Assembly (NCBI GenBank): GCA_903912445.1
Contig: CAIWHP010000084.1
Span: 3,621 to 67,620, forward strand
DNA: 64,000 nucleotides
Source of the DNA: an uncultured Lentisphaerota bacterium
Lineage (GTDB): Bacteria; Verrucomicrobiota; Kiritimatiellia; CAIQIC01
Direction of reading: 5' to 3'
Numbering within the stretch: the first letter of the stretch is position 1; every line of letters starts with the position of its first letter. The notes beneath the pieces were generated by a model. It saw nothing but the letters and a program-made list of their open reading frames with translations, did not search any database and had not been told where the DNA came from. The position numbers and the translations under genes are program-made. Positions 20,478 through 30,890 of this stretch are shown here, piece by piece.

Positions 20478-22325
20478 ATGTTGTTCAGGCGCTCCAGGGC
20501 TGCGGGCCGCTGCGCACGAGGCCTCTGCCTGGCGGGGTTGTTCGCTGTCACACAGGCGGGCGCCGCGCCGCCGGCCGGGCCACCGCTGACGCGGGCGGAG
20601 CTGGCGCGCGTGACCGCGGGCGCCATCGCCAGCGGCGAGTTCGCCAAGCACCTCGAGTTCCTCGACAACCTGATCCTGAACACCTGCAAGCCGGCGCCGG
20701 GCGCCGCTGGCATCACCGCCTGGGAGCGCGTCCTGGCCGATGAGGCCGCGACGCTGGCCATCGCCCAGTCGGCCGTGCTGCATCAGGTTACACCGGACAC
20801 GCTGGCGGCCCTCGTGAAAGTGGAGACCAACCTGCCAGCCTTCCTCGGCTGGTTCCTGGGCGAACGCGATGCGCTGGAAACCTATCTCAAAACGATCAAG
20901 CCGCAGAACGAGCCGGCGAGGGTCTTGCCGCTGTGGTGCGCGCTCTGGGGCAAGGACCGCGCCGACGGCGCCCGGTATCTCAACCTGGCGCTCGCCTGCG
21001 CGGTGGTGTTCGACAAGCCGCTGCGCGTGTCGCGCGACCTCGATCCGCGCGGCGCGGTGGATGCGGGCGAGCGCTACGATTACTACCGGAATGCCGACAA
21101 GCAGAACCAGCTGAAGACCGACCTGACCAAGCTGCCGGCGTCGGAATTGATCTGGGTCGTGGATGCGCCGGTGCCGACCTCGGAGCTGACGTGGGCGCTC
21201 ACCAACGTCCGCCGCCTGGTCCGCGACCACTGGGGGCGCGCCTATTTCATGGTGGAATACAAGATGGCGAAGATCGCGCAGGGCGGCCAGTTCTACGAGC
21301 ACTACACGCTGGCAGAGATCCTCCAGAAGGGCGGTGTCTGCGCCGACCAGGCCTATTTCGCCTCCATGACAGCCAAGGCCCACGGCATCCCGGCGATCAT
21401 GCTCCTCGGCGAGGGCCAGCGCGGCGGCCACGCGTGGTTCGCCTTCAAGACGACGACGAAGTGGAACATGAAGAACGGCCGCTACCCGAACGACCAGTAT
21501 GTGGCGGGCTACACGACCGACCCGCAGACGCGGCTCTGGCTCAAGGACCACCTGCTCAATTTCCTCACCGACAGCCAGCGGCAGACGCAGGAGTACGGCA
21601 AGGTCAGCCGCCTCACCTGGCTGGCGGGCCTCCTGCTCGCGCGCGGGCAGCAGGCTGAGGCGGGCGCCCTGTACGAGCTGGCCCTCGCATCCGGCCCGCG
21701 GCACATGGCCGCCTGGGCGGCCTATTTCGACTATCTCAAGCAAACCGAGGCGCCCCGCGAACGCTGGAAGACGGTCGTCCAAACCGCGCGCTTCAACTTC
21801 CGGGACTATCCCGACATGCTGACCCGGCTCGACAAGCTGGAGACGGAGACCGTCCTTGACGCGGACAACGTGGACGCCATCCTGAAATCGCTGCGGAACC
21901 AGGTGCGCAAGCTGGAGGTGCGCAGCAAGGAGCGTAGCGACCTGATCATCGAGACGCTGGAGCGCCACATCAAACTCCTGCGCGCGGCCGACGGTACCAC
22001 GGCGGTGCTGACCATCTACGACAAGGCGCTCAGGGAGTTCGGCGACGAGGTCCCTGTCTACGAAGGCCTGTCCGTGCGCTATTTCAAATACGCGCAGGAG
22101 CACAAGGCGCAGAAGAAGGCGCTCGATACGATCGAGGCGGTGTTCCGGAAAAACTTCAGCGCCACCACGCGCGATTTTTTCGAGATGAACACACACGCGC
22201 GCCTGATGAACAGGATTGCGAGCTTTTACCAGGCTGACGGGCAAGCCCAGAAGGCCGCCGCCTACCAGAAGAAAGCCGCCGATCTCGAAAAGCGCGCCAC
22301 CGTCACCCACAAGAACGACCGCTGA
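20478..22325 (+). CDS. Secreted transglutaminase-like cysteine protease superfamily protein with C-terminal helical/TPR-like region
   Basis: GGVCADQAYFASMTAKAHGIP ... GGHAWFAF (Cys...His core of the transglutaminase-like fold); N-terminal signal. Confidence 0.55.
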   Translation: MLFRRSRAAGRCARGLCLAGLFAVTQAGAAPPAGPPLTRAELARVTAGAIASGEFAKHLEFLDNLILNTCKPAPGAAGITAWERVLADEAATLAIAQSAVLHQVTPDTLAALVKVETNLPAFLGWFLGERDALETYLKTIKPQNEPARVLPLWCALWGKDRADGARYLNLALACAVVFDKPLRVSRDLDPRGAVDAGERYDYYRNADKQNQLKTDLTKLPASELIWVVDAPVPTSELTWALTNVRRLVRDHWGRAYFMVEYKMAKIAQGGQFYEHYTLAEILQKGGVCADQAYFASMTAKAHGIPAIMLLGEGQRGGHAWFAFKTTTKWNMKNGRYPNDQYVAGYTTDPQTRLWLKDHLLNFLTDSQRQTQEYGKVSRLTWLAGLLLARGQQAEAGALYELALASGPRHMAAWAAYFDYLKQTEAPRERWKTVVQTARFNFRDYPDMLTRLDKLETETVLDADNVDAILKSLRNQVRKLEVRSKERSDLIIETLERHIKLLRAADGTTAVLTIYDKALREFGDEVPVYEGLSVRYFKYAQEHKAQKKALDTIEAVFRKNFSATTRDFFEMNTHARLMNRIASFYQADGQAQKAAAYQKKAADLEKRATVTHKNDR

Positions 22326-22540
22326 CCAGTAGCCGCCACAGCGGTACCCGACCTGGGAAATAATACCGCCCGCTTTCCCTTCGCTTGGCAAAAGCGCTTG
22401 GTTCAATTCCAAACCATGGAGCTCACCTGCAGCGGCCCCGCATAGGCTGCGCAGGGTGTTGTTTGCGCTGCAGCAATCCAAGCCTAAGTAGCCGCTTGAC
22501 AGAGTGACAGAAACTTAATATTGGCATGGTAGGAGTTGCT

Positions 22541-25500
22541 ATGAAGTTGATTTTTACCTGTTCTTCCTGCGGTACGGAGCTGGAGAGTGGTGGCGCGGCG
22601 ATGGGCTCCAAAGTTACGTGTCCAAAGTGTCAGAAAGAGATCGCAATCCCCCGCAGTGACTTTGGCACCGGTACGCAGATTGCCGGCTTTGAGATCATCC
22701 GCAAGCTGGGGGACGGAGGGATGGGCGCGGTCTATCTCGCCAAACAACTGTCCATGAGCCGCGAGGTCGCGCTCAAAGTGCTTTCCGCCGAGTTTGCCGC
22801 CGCCGAGGGCGCGGTGCCGCGCTTTCTCCAGGAAGTCCATGTGGCCGCCAAACTGGAGCACCCCAACATCGTCACCGCCTTCGACGCCGGCGAGGACGAG
22901 GGCCTCTATTACATGGCCATGAGTTATATCCGCGGCCAGTCGCTCGACGAGCAGCTCCACAAAAAGGGCACCTTGACCGAGAAGGCCGCCCTGCAACTCA
23001 TCCGCAAGATGGCCGGCGCCCTGAACTACGCCTGGCAGCACCACAAGATCATCCATCGCGACATCAAGCCGGCGAATATCCTGCTCGACGACGAGGGCGT
23101 GCCGAAGCTGGCGGACATGGGCCTGTCCAAGAGCGTGGAGGAGGAGGAGGCGCTGACGCTGTCCGGCGAGGTGATGGGCACGCCCAACTACATGAGCCCG
23201 GAACAGATCGAGGGCCGCAGCGATGTGGATGCGCGCGCTGATATGTATGCGCTGGGCGCCACGCTCTACCACATCCTGACCGGCCACATGCCCTTTGCCG
23301 GCAGCAGCATTCTGGAGGTGTTGCGCAAGCAGGCCATCGCGGAGCTGCCGGACCCGCGCGGCTATTATCCTGCGCTCTCCGAACATTGCGTCAGCCTCCT
23401 CGGGATCATGCTGGCGAAAAAACGCGAGGAGCGCCCGGCCGATTGGCCGGCGATGCTCGCCGATATCGATGCGGTATTGCACAGCCGGCCACCCGTCACC
23501 AAGGTGCCTCCCGCGGGGCACTCGGCGCTGATCCGGCGCGGGCATGGGCCCCAGCCCGGGAAAAAAGTCGTCCTGTCACAAACCGGTCCGCTCTCGGCCA
23601 AGCCGCTGGCCATGCCCAGTCCGGCGCCGCCGGTCGCCGCCCGGCCCAAGCTCTCGGGCCAAGCCGCCCGTTGGATCGGGGTGGGCGTGCTGGCCGTGGG
23701 CCTGGTCAGCGTCGGCATCGCGGCGGCGGTCATGGTGGGCAACAAGCGCGCGGAAGCCGAGCGCAGCCGCGCCCGTGCGACGGCGCAAAAGGCGGCGGCG
23801 GCCCAAGCGCAGGCCGAACAGGCCAAGCGGGAAAAAGGCCAGGCGGAATTCTGGCAGGTGGCCGAGGATTTTGCCCGGTCCCACCCGCAGGCCTTCGCGC
23901 AGGCCATCGGCAACTTTACGGAAGTCCAGCAGCGGTTGGCCGGGACGAAATATGCCTTGCTGGCCAAGCATGAAATCGAGCGGCTGCAAGCCGCCAAGAA
24001 CGAGGCGATGACGCAGGCGTTCGCCGAACTGACCGACCGCGCGCAAGCGCTGGCCGCACGCCAGGATTTCACTGGCGCGGCGGACGTGCTTGCCAACTAC
24101 CAAGGGCCCTTCGCGGCCGAACTGAAGGCGTTGCGCAGCGGTCCGGCGGGCAAATACCGGAAGCTGGCGGCGGCCGCCGCCGCCCAGCTGACGCAAGCCG
24201 AACGCGACCAGCGCGAGCGCTGGCAGAACGCGCTGAATGCGGCGGCCGATGCGATCATGGCCGGTGAGCTGGCCAAGGCGCGGAGCCTATGCCTGACCAC
24301 CGCCAGCGACGCCACGCTGACCGGCGACAAGGCGGCCTTCCAGCGCATCGCCGGCTGGCTGGACCAGCTGGCCGGCGTGGATAAGCTCCTGCTCGAATCG
24401 TTTGTGGCGCAGAAGGACAAGGAGCTGGATCTGCCGCTCGATGGCGCGAAGACGCGTCTGCGCATCGCCGGCGTGCGCGGCGAGCGCATCCAGATCGAGC
24501 GTCCGAAAGGCATCGGCTGGATCGGCGGCGCCTTCACGCTCGCGCAGCTGCCGTTGGAGGAAAAACAGGCGCGGCTGACCGGGAAGCTCGACCCCGCGGC
24601 GCTCGCACTCTGGGCCGGCCTGGCCCTGCTCAAGGCCCACCAGCCCGAGCGGGCCGCCGAACAGTTCAAGGGCGCCGGGGAACTCGCCACCCTGCTGCAG
24701 GGAAAAATCGAGGCCGCGCAGAAGGAACTGCTGTCGCGCGCGTTGACCGCGCTGCCGCCGGAGGAACAGGTGCGCCGCGTCCTGGCCGAGCTGAAGGCGC
24801 TCAATGCCGGCTTTGACGGGCGCGCAGCGCACAAGTGCGAAGCCGGCCAGGTGACCGAGCTGGCGCTCGCCGCCGACGCGCTCACGGACCTCACGCCGAT
24901 CAGCAGTCTGAAAGCCCTGCGCCGTTTAACGTGCAGCGGGGCCGTCGCGGGCAAGCGCAGCCCGCTGGCCAATCTGACGCCGCTGGCCGGCCTGCCGCTG
25001 ACGGCGCTTTGTGTGAGCAACACCGCTGTCGCGGACCTGGCGCCGCTCAAAGGCGTGCCCCTGACCATGCTCATGTGCGATGGGACACCGCTCAACGATC
25101 TCGCTCCGCTGACCGGCATGAAGCTGGTCGCGCTCTGTTGCAACAACACCTCCATCCGCGACCTGGGTCCGTTGGAGGGTATGGCGCTGCTCACGTTTGG
25201 CTGTGTTAACACCGAGGTGGAGGACCTCGCCCCGCTCAGGAACATGCCGCTGCAGAGCCTCAAGTGCGATGCCTCCCTCGCCTTGCAGCAGGCCGCCCTG
25301 TTGCGCGAGTGGCGGACGCTGACGACCTTGAACGACACGCCCATCGCGAGCTTTTGGACGCGGATGGCCGGCCAAGGGTCCTCCGCCAAGACGGAGGGCG
25401 GGCGGCCGCTCACGCGCGAGAAAAGCCCCGGCCACGTGACTTTTAACCTCTACCCGGGCGGCTACGTCGCGAAAATTCCCTTCGACTATAAAGAGCGACC

Positions 25501-27184
25501 GCCCAAGGATCAGGCCGGCAAGGAAATCTCCTTCCGCGAAAAATGCGAAAAAGGCTTTTTCAGGTATCAGGGCGAGAGCCACCGCTGGATCAGTTGGGAG
25601 GATGCCTTCCCCGTGGAGCCGGGCAAGCGTTATAAGCTTTCCTTCTACGTGCGGGCGCCCCTCAAGCTGGCCGCCCGGGAAGTGTTGATGCTGGAACTGG
25701 GCAAAACGCCGGCGGGCCGCTTGACCCTGCTGGATCTCCCGGAGAAGGCCTGGGTGAAAGCCCTGCTCGTTTTTGAAGCGGCGCCAGGCGAACTCAAGAA
25801 AATTCAGCTCACGGCGGGCGCTTCCAAGCAGGAGGTGGATATCTGCGACGTGCGCCTTGGCCCGGCGTTGCCGGGTGATGAAACCGGCCTGCTGCTGCCG
25901 GCGGACCCGAAGACTGTCGCGCAAGGAACCGTGCAGGCCGATACCGCCGCCATCTCGTCCAAGGAACAGATCCGCCGCTTCACCGAGGCGATGAAAACCG
26001 CGAACCCCGACTTCGACGGCGTGGTGACCTTTGATGCCACGGGCGGCAAGGTTTTGAAGCTGCGGTTCTCATCGCAAAACGTGGCGGACCTCTCGCCCGT
26101 CCGCATGTTCCCGGCACTGGAAGAGCTCAGCTGTTCCACCCCCTCGAAGGATGGCAAACCCGTCGTCGGGCGCAGCAAGCTCGCGGATTTGTCGCCCCTG
26201 AAGGGCCTGCCCCTGATGAAGCTCAATTGCGCCTATGCCTCCATTACCGACCTCACCCCGCTGACCAATATGCCGCTGCAAACGCTCAACATAGATGGCA
26301 ACCTGCTGACCGACTTGGACACGTTGCGCGGCTTGAAAATCACCTCCCTCTGTGCGCGCCAGATGGCTTCCTTGACCAACATCGCCGGCTTGGAAAAGAT
26401 GCCCCTGACCCTGCTGGAACTGGACGCCACACGCGTCACGGATTTGACGCCGATAGCCGATTGTCCCATCAAGTCGCTATGCCTCCGCTACTCAAGCGTC
26501 AAGGATCTCGCACCCCTGCAGAACATGAAGCTGGAGTATCTTTACCTGCCCGGTTCGCGCGGCATCACCAGTCTGGAGCCGCTCAAGAACATGACGCTCA
26601 AGAAGTTGGATGTATGCGGAGTGTCCTGCGATCTGGCCCCCTTGAAGAGTGTGAACGTCAATGAGTTGATGTGTAGTTTTCATCCCGACAAACACGTCGC
26701 CTTGTTAAAGAGGCATAAATCCTTGGCCACTATCAATGGAGCCCCGGTGGAAGACTTCCTGCAAACCATGGAATTTGCCCTCCGAGCCGAGGAAAGCCCC
26801 AGCACCATAAAATTGGATGCCGACGCCGCTGCGCTTTCCGCTGGCGTGAGAATAGTTGAACGCACCTGGGGGTCCAGCGTTGGTTACTGGACCAATACTG
26901 CCGATACGGTCTCCTGGCCTGCCAAAGCCCGGGGGAGATACATGGTCATCGTCAAGGCGGCCGGTATGACGGGCACCACCCTTATTTTGAAAACCGGCCG
27001 CAACAGCTTGCCCATCGGTCTCTCGCCCCCCAGTGGCGACTGGGGCAACATCAGCTTCTACGTGGCCGGCCCGTTGGAACTGACCGGTGGCAATGAGCAA
27101 ACCCTGGTCCTGGCCCGGGAAGGAAGTCAGCCGACAACCACTTCCGTCAACATCTATGGCTTGCGCCTGTCTCCGGCGAAATGA
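22541..27184 (+). CDS. Receptor-type Ser/Thr protein kinase: N-terminal zinc ribbon, kinase domain, one TM helix, large extracellular region with two leucine-rich-repeat blocks and a C-terminal beta-sandwich domain
   Basis: ATG 22541 preceded by AGGAG. CSSCGTELE...CPKCQKE; HRDIKPANILL, DMGLS, PNYMSPE; TM WIGVGVLAVGLVSVGIAAAVMV; repeated L..L..L.DL.PL units. Confidence 0.8.
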   Translation: MKLIFTCSSCGTELESGGAAMGSKVTCPKCQKEIAIPRSDFGTGTQIAGFEIIRKLGDGGMGAVYLAKQLSMSREVALKVLSAEFAAAEGAVPRFLQEVHVAAKLEHPNIVTAFDAGEDEGLYYMAMSYIRGQSLDEQLHKKGTLTEKAALQLIRKMAGALNYAWQHHKIIHRDIKPANILLDDEGVPKLADMGLSKSVEEEEALTLSGEVMGTPNYMSPEQIEGRSDVDARADMYALGATLYHILTGHMPFAGSSILEVLRKQAIAELPDPRGYYPALSEHCVSLLGIMLAKKREERPADWPAMLADIDAVLHSRPPVTKVPPAGHSALIRRGHGPQPGKKVVLSQTGPLSAKPLAMPSPAPPVAARPKLSGQAARWIGVGVLAVGLVSVGIAAAVMVGNKRAEAERSRARATAQKAAAAQAQAEQAKREKGQAEFWQVAEDFARSHPQAFAQAIGNFTEVQQRLAGTKYALLAKHEIERLQAAKNEAMTQAFAELTDRAQALAARQDFTGAADVLANYQGPFAAELKALRSGPAGKYRKLAAAAAAQLTQAERDQRERWQNALNAAADAIMAGELAKARSLCLTTASDATLTGDKAAFQRIAGWLDQLAGVDKLLLESFVAQKDKELDLPLDGAKTRLRIAGVRGERIQIERPKGIGWIGGAFTLAQLPLEEKQARLTGKLDPAALALWAGLALLKAHQPERAAEQFKGAGELATLLQGKIEAAQKELLSRALTALPPEEQVRRVLAELKALNAGFDGRAAHKCEAGQVTELALAADALTDLTPISSLKALRRLTCSGAVAGKRSPLANLTPLAGLPLTALCVSNTAVADLAPLKGVPLTMLMCDGTPLNDLAPLTGMKLVALCCNNTSIRDLGPLEGMALLTFGCVNTEVEDLAPLRNMPLQSLKCDASLALQQAALLREWRTLTTLNDTPIASFWTRMAGQGSSAKTEGGRPLTREKSPGHVTFNLYPGGYVAKIPFDYKERPPKDQAGKEISFREKCEKGFFRYQGESHRWISWEDAFPVEPGKRYKLSFYVRAPLKLAAREVLMLELGKTPAGRLTLLDLPEKAWVKALLVFEAAPGELKKIQLTAGASKQEVDICDVRLGPALPGDETGLLLPADPKTVAQGTVQADTAAISSKEQIRRFTEAMKTANPDFDGVVTFDATGGKVLKLRFSSQNVADLSPVRMFPALEELSCSTPSKDGKPVVGRSKLADLSPLKGLPLMKLNCAYASITDLTPLTNMPLQTLNIDGNLLTDLDTLRGLKITSLCARQMASLTNIAGLEKMPLTLLELDATRVTDLTPIADCPIKSLCLRYSSVKDLAPLQNMKLEYLYLPGSRGITSLEPLKNMTLKKLDVCGVSCDLAPLKSVNVNELMCSFHPDKHVALLKRHKSLATINGAPVEDFLQTMEFALRAEESPSTIKLDADAAALSAGVRIVERTWGSSVGYWTNTADTVSWPAKARGRYMVIVKAAGMTGTTLILKTGRNSLPIGLSPPSGDWGNISFYVAGPLELTGGNEQTLVLAREGSQPTTTSVNIYGLRLSPAK

Positions 27185-27241
27185 CTCCCCCTTGCAGCAC
27201 GGCGTAAGCGCCAACCCTGTTGCCGCCTGTGCTGCAGGCCT

Positions 27242-29542
27242 TCATGGCGCGGGCGGATGGAAGCAGCGGACGAAGAAATCCACCAGCCGGCGCTGGCCGT
27301 AGGGGCTGCCGCCGGCGCCGTGGCCGGTGCCGGGGAAGACGATCAGCTCGAAATCCTTGTCGGCCTTGATGAGCGCGTTCACCACCTGCAGCGTGCTCGC
27401 CGGATCCACGTTGTGGTCCAGTTCGCCGACCATCAGCAGCAGCTTGCCCCGCAGCTTGTGGGCCTGCGTCACGTTCGACTGCTCGGCGTAGTGCGGGCCG
27501 ACCGGCCAGCCCATCCACTGCTCGTTCCACCAGATCTTGTCCATGCGGTTGTCGTGGCAGCCGCAGTCGGCGGCGGCGGCCTTGTAGACCTCGCCGAACG
27601 CGAGCACCGCCCGCAGCGCGCTCTGGCCGCCCGCGCTGCCGCCGTAGATGCCGACGCGCGTCAGGTCGAGGCCCGGATATTTCTGCGCCGCCGCCTGCAG
27701 CCACAGGATGCGGTCGGGGAAGCCGGAGTCGCCGAGGTTCTGCCAGCAGACGTCGTGGAATTTCTTCGAGCGGTTCGAGGTGCCCATGCCGTCCATCTGC
27801 ACGACCACGAAACCCTTGGCCCGCAGTGCTTCAAAACCTGCTTTGACGCGGAACGCTTTGGGGACGAACGCATCCTGCGGGCCGGCGTAGATATGCTCGA
27901 TCACCGGGTGCTTTTTTCGCACATCGAAATTGTCCGGCCAATGGATCAGGCCGTAGATGTCCGTCGTGCCGTCGCGGCCCTTGGCCACAAAGCGCTGCGG
28001 CGGTTTCCAGCCGGAGGCGAGCAGCGTGCGGGCGTCGGCGCGCTCCAACTCGCAGACGAGCTTGCCGTCGCTTGTGCGGCGCAGCGCGTGGACCGGCGGC
28101 TGGTCCACACGCGACCAGGCATCCACGAGGAAGCGGCGGTCGGGCGAGAACTCGACCGCATGCGTGCCGTCGCCCTCGGTCAACAGCGTCAGGCCGGTGC
28201 CGTCGAAGTTCACGCGTGCCAGGTGCTGGTAATAAGGATCCTGCCCGGGCACGATGCCGGCGCAGCGGAACCAGACCTGCCGTTTTTCCGCGTCCACGCG
28301 CTCGACCTTCCGCACGACCCACGGCCCGCGCGTGACCTGGTTCTTCACCCGGCCGGTCTGCGCGTCATAGAGCCAGAGGTGGTTCCAGCCGTCGCGCTCG
28401 CTCATCCAGAGGATCTCGCCGGTCTTGTCGAGCGGCTCGCAAAAGTATTTTCCGGAATAGCAGATGAAGGTCCTGGCCTGTTCATCCACCAGCGCGCGCG
28501 CCGCGCCGTTCGCCGCGTCCACCGCTACGACGCGCAGGACCTGGTGCCCGCGTTGGTTGTAGACGAAGGTGAAGCGGCTGGAGTCCGGCGCCCAGCGCAG
28601 GTCGCCGAGGCTCCACGGATTCGGGAAGAGCGCGTCGCTGATGGCGATGTGCCGGCCGCTGGCGACCTCGAACAGGTGCGGCTTGGATGTCGCGATGCGG
28701 TCGCCGGGCTTGGGATAGTTGAACGTCTGCACCTTCGGCTGGACTTGGTCGGCGGGCGACGATTCGACGACCGTGACGATGTGTTCCTCGGCCGGCTGCG
28801 TGCGCAGCACGACCAGCTTGCGCGAGTCGGGCGACCAGAACAGGCGGCCACCATAGGCATCGTTGGTCTTGCCGTCGCTGCTCAACGGTTTCTCGACGCC
28901 GTTTTGCACGTCGCGCAGCCAGACGTTGTAGTCGCGGATGGACGCCTGCCAGCGGCCGTCGGGCGACTGGCCGTTGCCGGCCGGCGGTCGCGGCTTGAGC
29001 CGGGGCGCCGTGACGCGGGGCTTGTCGGCCGGCGCTTCGGCGCGGATGTCCGCCTCGGCGGGCTCCTCGCCGGCCTCGAACACGGCGAGCGCCTTGCCGG
29101 CCTCGTTGGCGATGAGCCAGACGTGGCCCGCGTAGGTGCTCATGTCGCGCGCTTTGCCGGCGGCGATCTTGCCATAACTCTTGCGCTTGCCGTCGAAATC
29201 GAGCCAGAACAACTCCACCGGCCCCGTCGTGTGGTTGATGAAATGCAGCGTCGTCTCCGGGCCGGTGCGCTTGCTCGCGCGCGGCGCTTCGGCGACCGCC
29301 AGCGCGTGCAGGTTCGTCGCGCCCGCCGCGACCGTCGCGTTGGTGAGCGTGCGCTGGCCGGCGACGGCGTCCACGAAAACATACTCGTGGGCCTTCGGCC
29401 CGGTCTGCACGCGATACCAGAGCTGCGTGTTGCCGGGCAGCCAGTGCGCTTGAAGGCGGTCGCGATACACGCGCTGCTCCGCGGCCTGCGTCACCAGCGC
29501 CACGCCGCATACGAGCATCAAGATTTTGCTGTAGTGAAACAT
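27242..29542 (-). CDS. S9 family serine peptidase (dipeptidyl-peptidase IV-like: beta-propeller + alpha/beta hydrolase), secreted
   Basis: ATG 29542 ([20 protein letters not shown]). GGSAGG nucleophile elbow; C-terminal D and H present. Confidence 0.8.
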   Translation of the reverse strand: MFHYSKILMLVCGVALVTQAAEQRVYRDRLQAHWLPGNTQLWYRVQTGPKAHEYVFVDAVAGQRTLTNATVAAGATNLHALAVAEAPRASKRTGPETTLHFINHTTGPVELFWLDFDGKRKSYGKIAAGKARDMSTYAGHVWLIANEAGKALAVFEAGEEPAEADIRAEAPADKPRVTAPRLKPRPPAGNGQSPDGRWQASIRDYNVWLRDVQNGVEKPLSSDGKTNDAYGGRLFWSPDSRKLVVLRTQPAEEHIVTVVESSPADQVQPKVQTFNYPKPGDRIATSKPHLFEVASGRHIAISDALFPNPWSLGDLRWAPDSSRFTFVYNQRGHQVLRVVAVDAANGAARALVDEQARTFICYSGKYFCEPLDKTGEILWMSERDGWNHLWLYDAQTGRVKNQVTRGPWVVRKVERVDAEKRQVWFRCAGIVPGQDPYYQHLARVNFDGTGLTLLTEGDGTHAVEFSPDRRFLVDAWSRVDQPPVHALRRTSDGKLVCELERADARTLLASGWKPPQRFVAKGRDGTTDIYGLIHWPDNFDVRKKHPVIEHIYAGPQDAFVPKAFRVKAGFEALRAKGFVVVQMDGMGTSNRSKKFHDVCWQNLGDSGFPDRILWLQAAAQKYPGLDLTRVGIYGGSAGGQSALRAVLAFGEVYKAAAADCGCHDNRMDKIWWNEQWMGWPVGPHYAEQSNVTQAHKLRGKLLLMVGELDHNVDPASTLQVVNALIKADKDFELIVFPGTGHGAGGSPYGQRRLVDFFVRCFHPPAP

Positions 29543-29570
29543 GCGCGGAGCATAGCGGGCGGCGGCGCGG

Positions 29571-29617
29571 TTTCCAAGGATGGGGAAAGGGCCGCCCGGG
29601 TTTTTACCAGGCTTGGA
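29571..29617. repeat. Palindromic element array R6 (2 copies, centres about 29578 and 29610)
   Basis: ttccaaggatggggaa, ttaccaggcttggaa; 29 bp upstream of the S9 ATG. Confidence 0.7.
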
Positions 29618-29701
29618 AAAATCGCGGCGGCAGGGCGCACAAAGAGACTTGTAGCGCCCGCAGTCCTTGGATAGCTTCGCGCCAACCTCACGGGGAACTG
29701 T

Positions 29702-30727
29702 ATGGAAACGAACTGGTACTACGCGGTGAACGGGCAGGAGCGCAAGGGGCCTGTTCCCGAAGGCGAGCTGAAGCAGCTGCTCGGCAGCGGCCAGCTGCCC
29801 GCGAGCACGCTGGTGTGGTGCGAGGGCCTGCCCACGTGGACGCCGGCCCAGGACGTGGCGGCGCTGCACGACAGTCCGCCGCCGATGCCGCCGCCGGAGG
29901 CGGAGAGCCAGTGGTTCTATTCTGCGGACGGCAAGGCGCAGCAAGGCCCGGTGGTAACCAGCGAACTCAAGCGCTTGCTCGCCGCCGGCCAGTTGCCCTG
30001 GTCCACGCTCGTCTGGAGCGAGGGCCGCGCGGGCTGGGCGCCGGCTTCCACGCTTGCGGCGTTGCAGCCGGGCGGCGTGCCGCGCCTGAGCGCCGCGCCG
30101 CAGCCGTTGCCGGCGGGTCCGTTCTGCAGCCGCACGCACAACCGCGAGCTGATGACGGCGGCGCGCGGGGTGTTGGCGGGCCAGTGGGGCGCGGCCGTTT
30201 GCCCCGGGCTGCTTTACTTTGCGATCAGCATCGGCTTCCAGCTGCTTTCCCTGCTGCCGCTGGTCAGTTGCGTCGCCAGCATCTGCCAGCTGCTCATCGA
30301 AGGCGCACTGCTGCTGGGCATGACCATGTTCTTCCTTGCGCTGGCGCGGGCACAGCTTCCCAGCGTCGGCATGATGTTCAACGGCTTCAACCAGTTCGGG
30401 ACGGCCTTGGGGGCCTGTCTGCTCATGGCGCTCTTCACGATCCTATGGCTGTTGCTGCTCATCATCCCGGGCATCATCGCTTCCTATCGCTACGCCATGA
30501 CGTATTACATCCTGGCCGATCATCCCGAACTCGGCCCGCTGGAGGCGATCCGCCGCAGCAAGGAGCTGATGCGCGGCAACAAGCTGAAATTGTTCTGCCT
30601 CGGCTGGCGCTTCTTCTGGTGGATACTGTTCTGCCTCCTGACGTGCGGCATCGGCTTCATCTGGCTCGTGCCCTACATGCAGACCAGCCTCGCCAAATTC
30701 TACGAAGATCTGAAACCCGTCGCGTGA
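29702..30727 (+). CDS. Membrane protein with two N-terminal DUF4339 (GYF-like) domains and a C-terminal multi-TM (DUF975-like) domain
   Basis: Duplicated WYYAVNGQ..GPV...L..L...GQLP..TLVWCEGLPTW units, then 4-5 predicted TM helices. Confidence 0.55.
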   Translation: METNWYYAVNGQERKGPVPEGELKQLLGSGQLPASTLVWCEGLPTWTPAQDVAALHDSPPPMPPPEAESQWFYSADGKAQQGPVVTSELKRLLAAGQLPWSTLVWSEGRAGWAPASTLAALQPGGVPRLSAAPQPLPAGPFCSRTHNRELMTAARGVLAGQWGAAVCPGLLYFAISIGFQLLSLLPLVSCVASICQLLIEGALLLGMTMFFLALARAQLPSVGMMFNGFNQFGTALGACLLMALFTILWLLLLIIPGIIASYRYAMTYYILADHPELGPLEAIRRSKELMRGNKLKLFCLGWRFFWWILFCLLTCGIGFIWLVPYMQTSLAKFYEDLKPVA

Positions 30728-30794
30728 GCGTGGCGCAACGTTTCCCGGGATTGACCGCAAAGCCGGCCGGCTCATCAGGCCCGTTTGGCACAAT

Positions 30795-30841
30795 ATCCAA
30801 GGCTTGGAAAATATCGGCCTGCCATTTTCCAAGCTTTGGAA
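30795..30841. repeat. Palindromic element array R7 (2 copies, centres 30802 and 30834)
   Basis: atccaaggcttggaa, ttccaagctttggaa; 32 bp apart; 50 bp upstream of the ATG at 30891. Confidence 0.8.
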
Positions 30842-30890
30842 AACGCGCCGACTCCGTTACACTTGCGGCTCGCAAAAAGTGGAGAGCCTC

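Noticed and set aside
22496-22521. Sigma70-like promoter TTGACA...TAATAT upstream of the kinase gene
   Set aside because: The spacer is only 14-15 nt, so this is not a convincing -35/-10 pair, although the AGGAG RBS and ATG 22541 are solid.
22515-22540. Sigma54-type promoter (tGGcat...tTGCt) near 22521-22539
   Set aside because: The GG and GC dinucleotides are 15 bp apart, not the required 10 bp.
27193-27236. Imperfect 12-bp inverted repeat (tgcagcacggcg ... cgcctgtgctgca) between the convergent STK and S9 genes
   Set aside because: Contains a bulge and a long loop and lacks a U tract; noted as a possible bidirectional terminator only, not reported as a feature.
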